DNA of 64,000 nucleotides from Mobula hypostoma (taxonomy: Eukaryota), in assembly GCF_963921235.1 (NCBI RefSeq), contig NC_086108.1, positions 39,868,001 through 39,932,000 on the forward strand, given 5' to 3'. The notes below the pieces were generated by a model. It worked only from the letters and a program-made list of their open reading frames with translations. It did not search any database and was not told the DNA's origin. Position 1 is the first letter of the stretch; the number at the start of each line of letters is the position of its first letter. The position numbers and the translations under genes were made by a program. Below, piece after piece: positions 24,970 through 38,894 of the stretch.

Positions 24970-25762
24970 ACACATAGAACAGTACAGAAAAGGAACAGGC
25001 CCTTTGGCGCACAATGTTGTGTCGAACCAATTAAATTAGTAATCATATGGCTAACTAAACTAATCGCTTCTGCCTACACAATATCCATATAATTTCATTT
25101 TCATCATATTCATGTGCCTATCTAAATATCGCTTAAAAGTCTCTAATCTTTCTAGTTCTACTAATGCCCTAGGCAGCCACAACTCTCTGTGTAAATAAAA
25201 CTTGCTCCTCGCATCTTACAAATTACCCCCTCGCCTTAAATACATACCCTTCTGTATTTGAAATTTTAACCCTTAGAAAAAGATACTCCCTGTCTATTCT
25301 TTGTATGCCTCTCATAATCTTATAAATTTCTTTCAAATCTTCCCTGAGCCTCTGCCACTCCAGTGAAAATAAAGTTTGTCCAAGCTCTCATTATAGCACA
25401 TGCCCTCTATTCTAGGCAACATCCTGGTAAACCTCTTCTGCACCCTCTCCAAAGCTTCAACATCCTTCCTATAATGGTGTGACCAGAACTGTATGCAATA
25501 CTCCAGATGCAGCCTAACTAGAGTTCTATAAAGCTGCAACATAATTTTCTGAATTTTGAACTCAGTGCCTTGACTAATAAAGGCAAGCATGTTATTTGCC
25601 TTTTTAACCGCCCTATCAACCTGTGTAGCCACTTCCAGGGAGCTATGAACTTAGGACCCCAAGATCCTTCTGCACTTGCCCTTAACAGTGTACTGTCTCT
25701 TTCTATTTGACCTGCCAGGTGCAAGACTTCATATTTGGCTGGGTTAAACTCCATCTGCCATT
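24970..25762 (-). mobile_element. CR1 LINE 3' part
   Basis: ORFs 25333-25632 (LVRLHLEYCIQFWS, LERVQKRFTRM) and 25518-25754 (MEFNPAK). Confidence 0.85.
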
Positions 25763-26089
25763 TTTTACTTAACTACCCAAAAGTATAATACTTGTGCATG
25801 GATCCAATAAGTTAATTAAGAAAAAATATAATTCATATTGTTCCATGCTCCAATAAATTGGCTGGCCCTTAATAAACTCAAACCCAAAGACTGAAGAAAC
25901 CACTGCGCCATAAGTTCCAGATGTTTCACACCTAGCAAAGGAAATACCACTACCAGTTATTCCATTTTAGACCTGCATTTGCTCTTTAGGGATTTGCAAA
26001 TTACCTTTCTTACTACTGGCTGTTTGTGGCTACAGCTAATGCATGTGTAATTTTAGTTGGGAAATTGGCTCACGTGAGCATCTTGTCAA

Positions 26090-26723
26090 GATATGATATA
26101 TATGATTATGAAGACATGTAGTCCCCTTTTATTGTCATTTAGTAATGCATGCATTAAGAAATGATACATTATTTCCTCCGGTGTCATACCACAAAACACA
26201 GGACAGACCAAGACTGGAAAAACTGACAAAACCACATAATTATAACATATAATTACAACAGTGCAACAATACCATAACTTTATGAAGAAGTCCATGAGCA
26301 CAGTACAGTTCAAAGTTTCTCAAATGTCCCACATCTCATGCAGACGGGAGAAGGAAGAAAAACTCTCCCTGCCATGCCGACCACAATCTGACTCTGAGCC
26401 ATCCGAAAACTTCGAGCTCTGATCAGCTCTCCAACACCGAGTACTAAGCGCCATCTCTGTCTGAACGATTCGACCTCCTTCTCGGTCACCAAAAGCAGGC
26501 AAGGCCGGGGATTTTGAGGCCTACCCTCCGAAAGATTCCCGACCACACAGTAACGACAGCAGCGAACGGGCTTTGCAGAAATTTCTCCAGATGTTCCTCT
26601 GTGCTTTCACGTCCATTCTCCATCAAATCAGAATTGTCCACGGCCCGTATTTAACAGATACGATATCATTTTTCACCGGAGGGCTGCGCACACGCCGGCG
26701 CACCGCCATCTTCTCCTCCCGCC
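26090..26723 (-). mobile_element. Family X retroposon, full-length copy 2
   Basis: Reverse complement begins GGCGGGAGGAGAAGATGGCGG; body homologous to 14928-15604. Confidence 0.8.
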
Positions 26724-27395
26724 TAGTTGTTTCAATTTCTCATTTTGGTAGTGTTTATTTGTTTACAAATGAAAAGGAATATCAGTTGAGCCGTAGACAA
26801 AACTGCAGAGTATTGTGGCTCAGCTCGCGCATCATGGAAATCCAGCCTCTGCTCTATGAACTGTCTACATATCTCGGTTCCTCTTTAATCAAAGTCCCTC
26901 CCACCCCAGACATGGTCTCTCCCATCGTGCAGAAGGAACAAAAGCCTGAAAGCATATACCACCAAAATCAAGGACAGCTTTGAGTCCACTGTTATAATAT
27001 GGATTCTTGACTTCATAATCTACCTGCACTGCATCTTTTGTGTAGATGTTACAAGTTATTCTGCAATTGTTTTATTTTACTCTTCAGCGTACTGTTATGA
27101 ATTGATCTGCATCAAACAGTATGCAAGGAAAGTTTATCTCTGTATCTCAGTACATGTGACAATAATAAACTAACTACAATTCCAGAAGAAGCTCATCATG
27201 CCTCAAAATTATTGCCTTTTGAATAGGCCTTGCTACTGTGGCCAAAATGATGTGTACAGAAGCATGGATCTTTATTTCGTCCAGTCATCAACATTTTAAA
27301 TATAATATATAGATTATATCAGAGGTTAATTTAATTAATGTTCTTCAGATTGTTTGTCATTGCCACCCTGTGGTCTCTGGTGGTAATAGCAGACC

Positions 27396-27397
<2 letters not shown>

Positions 27398-27431
<34 letters not shown>
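27398..27431. repeat. (AT)n microsatellite
   Basis: About 17 AT units. Confidence 0.95.
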
Positions 27432-27433
<2 letters not shown>

Positions 27434-30400
27434 TGGCATTGAAATGGTCTTCTGGAACAAAATGTTCTGTCAGGGTTTCAGATTACTACAGCTACCTTTG
27501 TCCTTAACAAGCTGCAGTGCACATAGCCTAGCTGCACCGATGGAAACACTTTCAAGTAGGATATGACCAGGCTAAAATTACATTTTGCTTTTATTATTCC
27601 TTGTAACACCGTACTACCTTTTATTATTGTCATTTTTAAACTCTGCACTGAAATTTGATGCTGATAACTAGTTATCAACTTTTGGATGTATGCAAATCTG
27701 ACTGTTGTCTCTATACCCTTTGGTACCCCAGCTTGAGATGACCTGTTTGCAAAAGTGTGATATTGAAGAGATATTTCTTTAAGTCTGCACTTTGCCCAAT
27801 TTTTAACATAATATTTGTGGACTGAATATTGGAGGATGGGGTGAATTGTTGGTTTGAAAAACTGGATGGGTGGGGATTTTTCCTGCAAATTACTCTTGAG
27901 CCTGGCCAAAGTGGCCACTTGATTCTACTTCAAGCAAAAGTGATATCACGGAATCAAAAAGCTTTTGATGCTGATGGAGACCTTTGTCCCATTTTGTTCA
28001 CACCAGTCAAATGTGAGGTTTTTAGATTAGCCCTTCTTGTCAGCTCTTGGTCCATAGCCATATGTTTTCAAATTTTCCTTCATTTGTTTAAAGCTTCTAC
28101 TAATCTTTCAGGGAATGCCTTCCATACTTGCACTGCCAGAGGGGTATAGCAAAACACAGGAAATGGGACTAGCTCAAGTGAGGACTAATCGGCATAGACA
28201 AAATGGTCCAAAGGGTATTTTTCTGTGAATTCCATTTGTTGATTTTGAACCCTGTAGCCTTGAGCTTTCTCTCTTTCTGCCAGCCATAGCTTTCATGAAT
28301 ACAACCGCTGCAGAGCTCATTTAAACTTTGCCCAATAGCTGAAACACATCTTGAAAGATTATTGGTCTTGATCCTGTTGAAATGCAACTTTTCTGGCCTT
28401 TTCAGAACTATTTGCCCAGATCTGTCACCAATTCTCCTGAAAAATAAAACCCTTTCCTGTGTCATTTCCTCAGTTGCACATTTGTTTCCATTATTCTCTT
28501 TATTTTTGCCTCCTTTTTATACGTACTATCCAGTGAATAATAATTTGAGATCCTGTTTTCTGATGCCATCTGTAGCTCCTAGTAATTCTGCCTGCAGTAT
28601 CTCATCCTTGCTGAGACTTCAGCTGGGAAAGACCATGACATGTAGTTTTTCGCCCTCCCCATCAAGGTTCTATATCCAAACATTTCTGTCCTTGACCCTG
28701 CTAAGAAAACAAAATGTCAGCAAAATGCAGCAACTTGGGCGGCATCTGGAGCGAGAAAGAACATTGATGTTTTATTTTTAGTGATCTGTAATCAAAGACT
28801 GTATTTGGAGAAAGCCAAAGGAAGGGGTTTCTCAAGTATTTGGAAATCAGGACAAATTCTCTGAAATTGGAACATATTCTCTGAAATTATGACAGTTTCT
28901 GGGGTGAAGACTCCTGGCCAAATTGGTGCAAAGAAAGAGATTGAAGAAGGACTCAACATAGTCTTTGTGCAATGCAGTCTTGTGTTACGTGCTTGATCCT
29001 GCTTAGTCATTTCCTTTTGGCCTGTGGATACTTAAGATGGGTGGGGGATGGGGAAAAGGAGGAATGTCTCCTCTAACAGGATATTTTCTATAAGACTAAA
29101 CCAGTGGATTCTGTGAAATCATGCTAACTACTTTTCAGGGTTTAAAATTCAGGATTTGAGTTCTTCAATTGACAAAACAGGCTATACATGTGGCTTTCCG
29201 GAGTGCAAGAGGCTTTTTGGATTTCACACGGAGGAAAGATGCAAATTCATTGGAACAGAAAGCCTGATGTGCTTTTAATTACAGGTCCTCCCAAGTTATA
29301 GTGTTCCATTCCTGTGAGCTTTTGTAAAGCAAACAGTTGGTACGTTGGAAATGGGGCCACAAGCTGTTGCACATGGCAGAAGAGATCTGCAACCCTGCAG
29401 CAGGAAGAAAATCACTCCGACTAACTACCAAACACCCATTCACATGTATGGGCTGTATACAAGTCTAGTCTTCAACAACTGGGAAGGGCATGTACTAGAA
29501 ACATAAGAAATTCCCATAACTCTTGGCTTTCTCCCTGGAAGCCTCATTGATTTAATTAATTAATTGCCTTGTTTATTTATCTAATTTTAATACCAACCAC
29601 TAGCAATTTCCTGTCTTGCAGCACATTCCTAACCTGTACACTGTTCAGGCTGCACTCCCTTTTTAATGAGTAATTTAGAAATCTAGGTGCCCCCTTTATT
29701 GGGTCCTCTTAAGATTTTTCTCTGGGAATTTATGAAATTGGTTATTCTTTCTCAATCCCTTGTGATCTTACAGATTTGTTCACAGCTAAATTCATCTTTC
29801 ATTGAACCTGAAGGTCTGGCGATTAGTTGCCTTCAAGAGATTGTAGTAGAAAGCTTTGTAATGATTTTTGCAAAACTAGTCTAGATTATCTATCAAAAGC
29901 TGCTGTCTGCCACACTAAAACTGAATTTTTTTCTCATCTAAGTAGGTATTTTTATTCTTTTTATATTTGTAGTAGTCTGCCCACAGAACAACCACTACAA
30001 TGGAATGTGCTAATTTTCTATCATAATCTCCTGAAGAGAGTGCTTCCACGTGTTAAGATCCATCTTAAATCAGCCTTGCTCAGTGTTTTTATATAAAAAT
30101 AGAGCTGACAAAATGTAGTTTTATTGTTTTGTTTATCTACAACCACTTCTTTTATTACTTTGTATTAAAATGAATCCTTTTGGTCTCTTTTGTTTCAAAG
30201 TTGATTCTTGACTTCGTGCCAGTTACCTCATTATCTTGTAATTAATATCTATTGTCAATATGCGTGCAGCACAGTTACTGCACTTGAACAATCTAGTGAT
30301 GTTCAGGCTCAGTTTATGAACAATATATTCAGAAGTGAATTTTTTTTGTATACATTTTAAATCACATATAAATAGTGTGGTGCAGCTATTTCTAGTGCAC

Positions 30401-33400
30401 ATAAACAATGTATTAAAAAAAACTGACTTAGGTTAGATTTGCAGGAAGAGTCACTAGGCATAAATCTTTGTGATCATGGGAGAATTTTTCCATTTTTTTC
30501 TCGGTTCTATACTTATGAAAATTGAAGGCGTCACATAATTAAATCATGTTATATATCAAAATATCCACCAGTTGTTAAAGTCAATGCTATTTTCAAATTT
30601 AATACACATCTGTACTAGAAGCAACTGTAATAATAGTTTTAGACCTGCACTATTGCTAAAGTACAACTTGCATTAACATTTAATCTCAATTAAAGTAATT
30701 TACAATGTGGATGAGTTATTTGATGAATCTAATCATATTTAGTTGGGTCCACAGTCCATCTTTATCTAGGTTATACTAGTTGAATAATTTTCAGGTAACT
30801 GACAGCTATTACTCAAAGTGGTTAAATATCAAGCTTGATGTTAGAAACCTGAGCTTCATATTTCCTGCCTGTGCATAGAATTCCCAGAGCTATTGCTGTA
30901 TTGATATTATATCTAAAATCAAAATTTTAAGTATCTGTTCATTATCTTTTTATATTTATAATTGTAATAGTTGCAAAATATTCAGCCTCTAGTCATTTGT
31001 TGATGCTTGAATGTCTTGTGAACAATATTCTGGTAACATATGCAGAAGTTAATTTTATCTCCTGCTCATGGCATTAATCTTTTTATTTGAGATTGTATTC
31101 AGCACTTCTATTTGCATTATTTGTTTTTTGTATTCCATGCAATATTCTTTTAGTTTTTTTAGAATCCTTTTTTCCTGTCTCAATAGAAATGTCAATTTTT
31201 ATACATTTATTTTTTTCATTTCACTGTACATGTTATATAGAATGCAGCTCCTGAAAGGAAAGCTGTTTCATATCCTTACCCTCCCGACATCAAACAAACC
31301 TCTGATATGTAAATGCTGCTTTGGGAAGAATAGATGCAAAGCCTCATTTTGGATAGATGCCAAAACTTACTTTCTTAGAATTGTGTTTGAAACATGAGAA
31401 GAGCAGCTGACCAACAATTTACATATGAACCGAAGTTGAAAACCATGTAGAAAGCAAAATTTGACTTGGTAGACTGCTGTTGTCTGATGTCTCTTTTGAA
31501 AGAATAGGAAAAATTATATTTGGGAATTTTAACATCTTCACAATGCTAATATTGAAATATATTAATGACATTTGAGTCAGAATAGTATTTACACAGTACG
31601 ACCATCTTAAATTTTTGCCGACATTGATTGCATTTTAGTAGAAACCAGATATTTAATTTAACAATTAATTGTTTATCATTGAGTTGTTCCTTTTATTGGA
31701 TGTGGAAAAAGTAACTATTTCACTGTTTCAAATAAAACCAGGTGATTCCACTTATCCCATGCTAATTGTGGTTTTATTTCTGTAAAACGCTGATGCCATC
31801 ACAAATTGAAAACAAGATTGATTTGTTTGTCTTGATTTTGCCTCTGTTGAGGTTAATTATTACAGCATTTGTTTATTTTGGTTCTTGTCTGATTAATCTA
31901 TATTGTATGGTAAATTTATGCCATCAGTATTAGCTTTTATTCTGTGGAAATCTGCTATTAGATTGGCTGACAAGATATCTAACCCAGTCATTATGGCAAT
32001 GCAGTACCATAATTTTTTGATGTAGATGGAGAATACCAAGAGGGGACCCCAGGGAGTGGTATAGAGTGCACAGCAATGGTGTCCAAGACCTTGGACTTGG
32101 AGACACTGCAGGAAACTCTTGGCATTGATATCCAAATCACTATTTGTTGTATAAATCATTAGTTTGGATTTGAATACCCCTGGTAAGTTGATGAACTTAG
32201 TAGGAAATACCAAAATTGGAGCAGCGGTAGAATTAAAGGAGGGAGCTCAAATTAAAGAATGAAAGAATTGAAAAACATAATTAGTGAATGATGGAATATA
32301 AAATATGATGCAGAAAATCAAGAAGTTCTCCATTTTGGAGGGAAAAGCGGAAATGCTTGTACTTAATTGAAGTTGAAATGACTGAAGGGAAAGATGACAT
32401 ATATCTAGTAACCTGGGCCGGTGTGACATTCAGAAATGATGAACTAATGCAGAATAGAATATAATAAAGAAAATGCATTTTCATCTGTGAAACTAGCGGT
32501 ATGTCCACTCAATTTTTAATCATTTCAATATAAATAACTTTGTTATATTTTCTCAGTTGCTCAAATTTGACCAAGTGATTCACTGATGTGAAAGTCTCAG
32601 TTTCATTTCCCAGTTATGTTTTTGAGTTAGCATGATGCACCAATATTGATATTGTAATTGGCCTTCTAGGTTAGGTTGGAGAAAATTAACCGGTGATCAT
32701 AAAAATGTTTATTTATCTTTCATTGACCAAATTCAGGTACCTAAAAAGCAGAGTTTTGCTGCAAGAAATGATGCTTACATAAGGCCACTTGGTTGTGCAA
32801 TGTCATCTCAACATGAAGTCAAACTTCGGAGAGAGCAGGAAAAAAAACAAAGATAGCGGTTTCATTTGGTAATAAAGAAGACTGGGTTGTCAGGTTCTAT
32901 CTTGCTATGAGATGATGTGGTAGAGTTGAGCCAAATGATGCTTGCTTATGAAAGGGGAGCTTGGATTGGGGGCGGGGGGGGGGATAAAACTGAAGCTTGT
33001 CTGTGAAATGTATATTTTCTATCAGTCTTTCTTTTTTTATTGCCATACTTGCCTCTGGTTAATTCTTCCTTTGTCTCTCATTTCATTTCATTTCTTATTC
33101 TGTTATATTGATGAATTGTGCATTCATATCTCAATCTAGTATTAACTCCATTTCGGAAGTAATTTATTGACTGTGAGATGCCTTGAGATATTCATGAAAA
33201 ATCCTAATATTTTGTTTGTTCATTGAAGTAGTCTTCAATGCCACTTCTGTAAGCAGTGTGATGTGAAATTTATTAAGAACAATATTAAATATATTGATAC
33301 TGCTAGTTCAGAATTTAGCATTAGAAATCAAATTCTTACCTGTACGTTTCAGAAGGTAGAGAGCTATTTTTCTGGCATTTTTAGCTTGTCATCCAGTGTT

Positions 33401-33419
33401 AAAAGATATCTTTACCAAA

Positions 33420-34020
33420 GCAACATTCACAAAATGCTGGAGGAAGTCAGCATTTCAAGTAGTATCTTTTGGAAATAAGTAAACAGTCGATGTTTTGGAC
33501 CAAGACCCTTCTTCAGGACTGAGAAGGAAGGGGGAAGACACCAGAAGAAAAAGCTAGGGGGAGGGGAAGGAGACTAGCTAGAAGGTGATGTTTGAAGCCA
33601 GGTGGGTGGGAAAGGTTAAGGGCTGGAGAGGAAGGAATCTGATAGGAGTAGAGAGTGGACCATAGGGGAAAGTGTAGGAGAAGGGGACCCAGGGGAGAAG
33701 TGATTAGCAGATGAGAAGAGGTAAGAGTTCAGTGGGAAAGAGGAGAAGTGGGGCAGGGGCGGATTTTTTTTACTGGAAGGAGAAATTGATATTCATGCTG
33801 TCAGTTTGGAGTCTACCCAGATGGAATATTAGGTGTTGCTTCTCCATCCTGAGAGTAGCCTCATCTTGGCATAATTTACGATGTGTCTCACCAATGTAGA
33901 GGAGGCCACATCAATGGATGACCCCCCGCAGATTCACAGGTGAAGTGTTTTCTCGCCTGGCAGGATTGTTTGGAGCCCTGAATGGGGGTGAGGAAGGAGG
34001 TGAATGGACAGGTGCAATAC
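33420..34020 (-). mobile_element. Penelope-like element 3' fragment (GIY-YIG remnant plus pLTR with decayed hammerhead)
   Basis: Reverse complement matches 57640-58350; CTGAAGA...AAAACATC motif near 33482-33520. Confidence 0.75.
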
Positions 34021-35894
34021 TTAGGCCGCTTGCAAGGATAACATTTTTCATGCTTATAAATGTTAAGTGAATGAATGTTGTAAGAAAATAAGTCAACAGT
34101 ATATCTAATAATCAGTAAAGCAGTGAGTATTCACAAGAGGAAAAGTATGTGCAAGTGTGTAGGTGTGTTAGTATAAAACTTCCAGTATCTACATAAATAC
34201 ATCAGTTGTAAATCAGAACTTGGAAATATTTCAGTTTTCAGAACAGAGAAGAGAATGAATCTATAAAGGATTTGCTGATCTATCTAGTATCAGTGGATTA
34301 GAGTGCGAATTACAAATTTAAGAATGTGATATTGGATTATATTGCATTGGATAAAACTATGAAGTGTGAAACAGAAAGCATTCAAAGAATCATCATTTTG
34401 ATCATAATTTGTCTACAGAAATTAGAGAAATTAAATGCATTTTGTTCAGTAGATCACTAATGGGTTGTAATATAGTAAAAGTAAATCAGATCTTAAGTGC
34501 TTGAGTAGATATCTGAAGAATGGGCTCCAGCATCCAGTACCATATTTAGTCATTATATTGATCCAGCCTGACTATTCAGTTTATGGTGTAGCATTAGGAG
34601 CACATCAGTTTTGCAATAAAAGACAATGAAACCAAGGTCTTTAATCTCAAGAAGCACTAGAGCAATGAAGAGATCGAATGCACACTGTGGATATTTATAT
34701 TTTAGGAGAAAATTGGAGAAGGAAGCTTGGAATACAGAGATGCATAAAATTTTTATTCTGATCATTTTTTTACAAAATCACAAACTTTACAGGAAGGAAG
34801 ATAACCATTTTTGCTGATTGAATGCAAACAGGTTAATTTTGCAGGTTAATTCAGCTGTGCAGAGCATTTGGATGACAATCTAGAATACATTGCTGAGAGG
34901 GAGCTAAAATGTGTGGTCTAGTGATTTGTCCAAGTCAAGAACGAATGGGATAGATACTGTATTTCTCAAGGAATTAGGTTTGTGAATAAATGTATATTCT
35001 TTTGAAAGTATTAAATATCATCAGTAGCTCGGGAAGGATTGATTATCCTTGTTTTGCTTGTTTTCTTTGATCTTGATGATTATTCCAAAACTTGCCTCCA
35101 TTGTTTTGATGTGTAGTTGTTACATCTCAGCCGGAATAAATAGAATACAGTGTGGTCTCTGGAAGGAATTTTCCTCCTGAGAACAGTGGACTTTTCCCAT
35201 TCCAAAACACATTTAACTACTCCAAATAATTAGTTATTCCAGCCTCGTATCTCATTGTCATAGACGAATGACTACTATCTTTGTCAATCTGTACCACCTT
35301 CTCCTTTCACTTACAAAATTAAGTACCTCTACCTTTACCCATCTTAATGTAAGATCATCAATTTGAGGAGTTAATTTTCTTTTTCTCCATGGGTGTTGTC
35401 TGATCTGCTTGGTATTTACAGCACTTCCTACTTAATTTACATTCCATATTCGATTGTGCACGCTTATGGTTTTGCATAGACCAAATTGAGCTGGCTGATG
35501 GCCATTGATTCTACTGTGAGCTGCCAGTTGTCAACCGTTCACATTCAGTGTGTTGTGGACTTTGTGCATTAGTCCAAAATGACCTGGAGGTGAGATGTCA
35601 GCATTTCTAACCTCGTGCTGCACCGTAGAACTCATGACTGAGCCTACCACGAGGAGACTGATGCACTAGAACTAGTATCAACTCTGTGTGAATTATTTTA
35701 ATGGAAATTGTTTCTTGTTTAGCATTTTATAGTGTTACTTTTTTACTTCTGCATTTTGAATTCTTTCTAAATTATTTAAAACTGACTGAATAATGCACTG
35801 AGCAATGCATAGTAAGTGGGTATATTATTGTTCTTCATCAGTGGATATAAATTCTGGCATGAAGGATGGGTGTGCTTCCACCAGACAGTCAGCG

Positions 35895-38044
35895 AAACCT
35901 CACTGTTACGAAAGACCTACATTAGTACCCTGTTTTCGCTAACAGAAGGTTTTTTCACTGTTACGAAAAAAGCAGCGCGTGAAAAATGGCAGCATACGAA
36001 AAAAATTGCTGGCGTGTGAAAAAAAAAGCAGCGCACGCCCAAACAGCCAAGCTCCTCCCCCGGAACTGCATTCTAGCAGCCATTGCTTAAACACGTGCTT
36101 TATCTCGATTTATTTTGTGCATCCATTAGCAAGATGAGTTCGAAGGTATCGGAAAAGCCTAAAAGAGCTCGTAAGGGTGTTACACCTAGCGTAAAACTAG
36201 ATATTGCCGAGTAAGACATTTATTTCAAAAGAAGAAAAGCAGGCTAAGGGACACAAGGCATCGAAGGATAGGTTTACCCTAATGCCTATTATTAACGCCA
36301 CTAAGCCTCTACCAGTGTACCATTCAGAAAATCCGAGGGCACTTAAAGGTATTGATAAAAAAACACTTCCCGTTGTGTTCCGTTCACATCCAAGCAGTTG
36401 GAACACCCAAGTGCTTTTTTCTGAGTACATGAGCAGATACATTACTCCTTTTGTTGAAAAATACTGTTGAGAAAATAACCTCGATAATAGGTGTCTTGTG
36501 ATTGTCGATAATTGTGCTGCTCATCTGCCTGACATTACCGAGTATGGCAGTAACGTTCGTGTTGCGTTCTTACCGCCGAATATGACATCGTTGCTGCAGC
36601 CGTGTGACCAAGGCCTAATAGCCACAATTAAAGCTTACTATACGCCAAATGTGATGCATTTTATTGTAAATACCATTGACAGAGAGGGCAACTCCGAAGC
36701 ATTTTTGCGAGAGATCTGGAAAGACTACAATATAAAACTAGCAATCGCCAACATTGGAGATGTTCTCAATAGGCTAACAGTCTCAATGAGAAATGGCGTT
36801 TGGAGGAAACTATGTCCCAAAGCAGTGAACGATTTTAAAGGCTTGGAACCATCAACAATAAATACGACAATAGTGAGCTTGGCTAAGGAGGCTGGGTTTG
36901 TGGAAGTTGACGAAGATGATGTTGAAGAAGTTTTGGCATCCCATGAGCAAGAATTGACAGATGAAGAGCTGATGCAATTGCAAGAGGAAAGGATAACAAT
37001 CGAAACCGAACACAGTAGCGAAAATGAAGTCGTCCAAGGACTGAGCGTGAAGCAGTTGCGTGAGATTTTCGCTGTGATTGACAACGCTGCAATGATTGCA
37101 GAAAAGTATGACTTTAATTTTGAAAGGTTCAGGGCAGGATTGCAGGATGTTTTGAGTGCTTACAAAGAACTGTATGATCTAAAAATGCGCGAGGCTCAGC
37201 AGTCAAGTATACTGTCGTTTTTCAAGCCTTGCACATCAGCCACAGCAGATGACGAACCTCGACCTTCGACATCGAGGCAGGCAGGCATAGAAGATGATGA
37301 CCTGGCTGCCCTATTGGAAATAGACTACGATGAGATGACACCCCAGTCTCCTCTACCTCCCACCACCCCAATTTCCGACGATTCAGCCTAACACACCATT
37401 CCGATTCCCGTAAGTGAAACTACACTGTACATACATTATTTCTACATTATATAGGTTGTGTATTTTTGTGTTATTTAGTATGATTTGTTATTTGGTATGA
37501 TTTGGCAGCCTCATAGCTTAAAGGTTACTGGAGAGAGTGCTTCTGCCGAGAGCACCTGCACCGACACTGCTTCCGCCGAGAGCGCATGCGTGAGATTTTC
37601 GCTGCGCTAGACTGTGCTTCAATGATTGCAAAAAGTATTTCTACTTTATGTGGGCTGTGTATTTTTGTGTTATTTAGTACGATTTGTTATTTGGTATGAT
37701 TTGGCAGCCTCATAGCTTAAAGGTTACTGGAGAGAGTGCTTCTGCCGAGAGCGCATGCGTGAGATTTTCGCTGCGCTAGACGGTACTCTAATGATTGCAA
37801 AAAGTATTTCTACTTTATATAGGCTGTGTATTTATCATATCATTCCTGCTTTTACTATATGTTACTGTTATTTTAGGTTTTATGTGTTATTTGGCATGAT
37901 TTGGTAGGTTATTTTTTTGGTCTGGAAACGCTCAAAAATTTTTCCCATATTAATAAATGGTAATTGCTTCTTCACTTTACAACTTTTCGGCTAACGAACC
38001 GTTTCGTTGGAATGCTCTACCTTTGGATGGGGGGGGGGAACCTG
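35895..38044 (+). mobile_element. Tigger/pogo DNA transposon, internally deleted, left TIR not found
   Basis: ORFs 36204-36470 and 36498-37391 (KASKDR, DNCAAH...LQPCDQG with D32D spacing, acidic tail); right end GGGGAACCTG|TA. Confidence 0.85.
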
Positions 38045-38467
38045 TAATTGCTGACTTTTCCAGCAGTGCCCATCATCATGAAAAGATAATATAAAATTTA
38101 TATAAAAAAGCCTTTGTCAAGGTTTGTCAGGGTACCAGGCTTGGAGAACAAAGATGAGTGATATACTGATTCAAACCTGTTCACCATTTGCAGCTCCTTA
38201 CATCTTGCAGGGCATCTCCCTGTTGAAGAGAGAGATTACCCAGCTATTAGCATCTGAAAATGCTAATCATTGACAGCATACAAGTCCAATACAACCTGGT
38301 CCCTTGTATTTTAACTGAAATGGATAAATGCCCAGTCAATCGGTTTTTATTTCCAGTAGAAACTTTGTTCCCAACAAGAAATTTTCTCGATAATATCATG
38401 CCAGTTATTTGTATGATCTGTAGTCCTAATAGCTTAGCATTTATAATTCTGTTTAATATTTTTATAG

Positions 38468-38576
38468 CATTTTAAGAAACAAAAGCGGTTGATTCCAGAA
38501 AGAACAATTTGGAAATACTTTGTTCAACTCTGCAGTGCCTTGGAACACATGCATTCTCGGCGTGTCATGCACAGAG
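38468..38576 (+). CDS. NEK6: NEK6/NEK7-family kinase exon ([36 protein letters not shown])
   Basis: tttttatag|CAT...AGA G|gtaaca, 109 nt, phase 0-1; ends inside the HRD catalytic motif. Confidence 0.93.
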
Positions 38577-38894
38577 GTAACATATATATGTAATAGTAGA
38601 TAGTACTTCATATTAATAAACTGTTGCACTGTCATAAATTGGAATTGTATTGTTGAAATGGTACCTCCTTACCTACCATTCCACGAGCCTCCACATCCAG
38701 CACGTTATTCTGCTTAACTTCTGCCATCTTCAATGGGATCCCACCATGGTAACTCACCAGTGACTAATAAAAAGTGCAAGAATCTCTGTTAGGGCCCAAG
38801 CTTTCTCGTTCCTTGCTGCCAGTGGTACCCTATGAAAGATTTCATCTGACACTGAGTATTTATCAACTTTTATGTTTTACCTGATATCCAATAT

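Noticed and set aside
27478..28781. Cluster of 98-146 aa ORFs on both strands
   Set aside because: Low-information peptides with no domain similarity or exon-like splice context.
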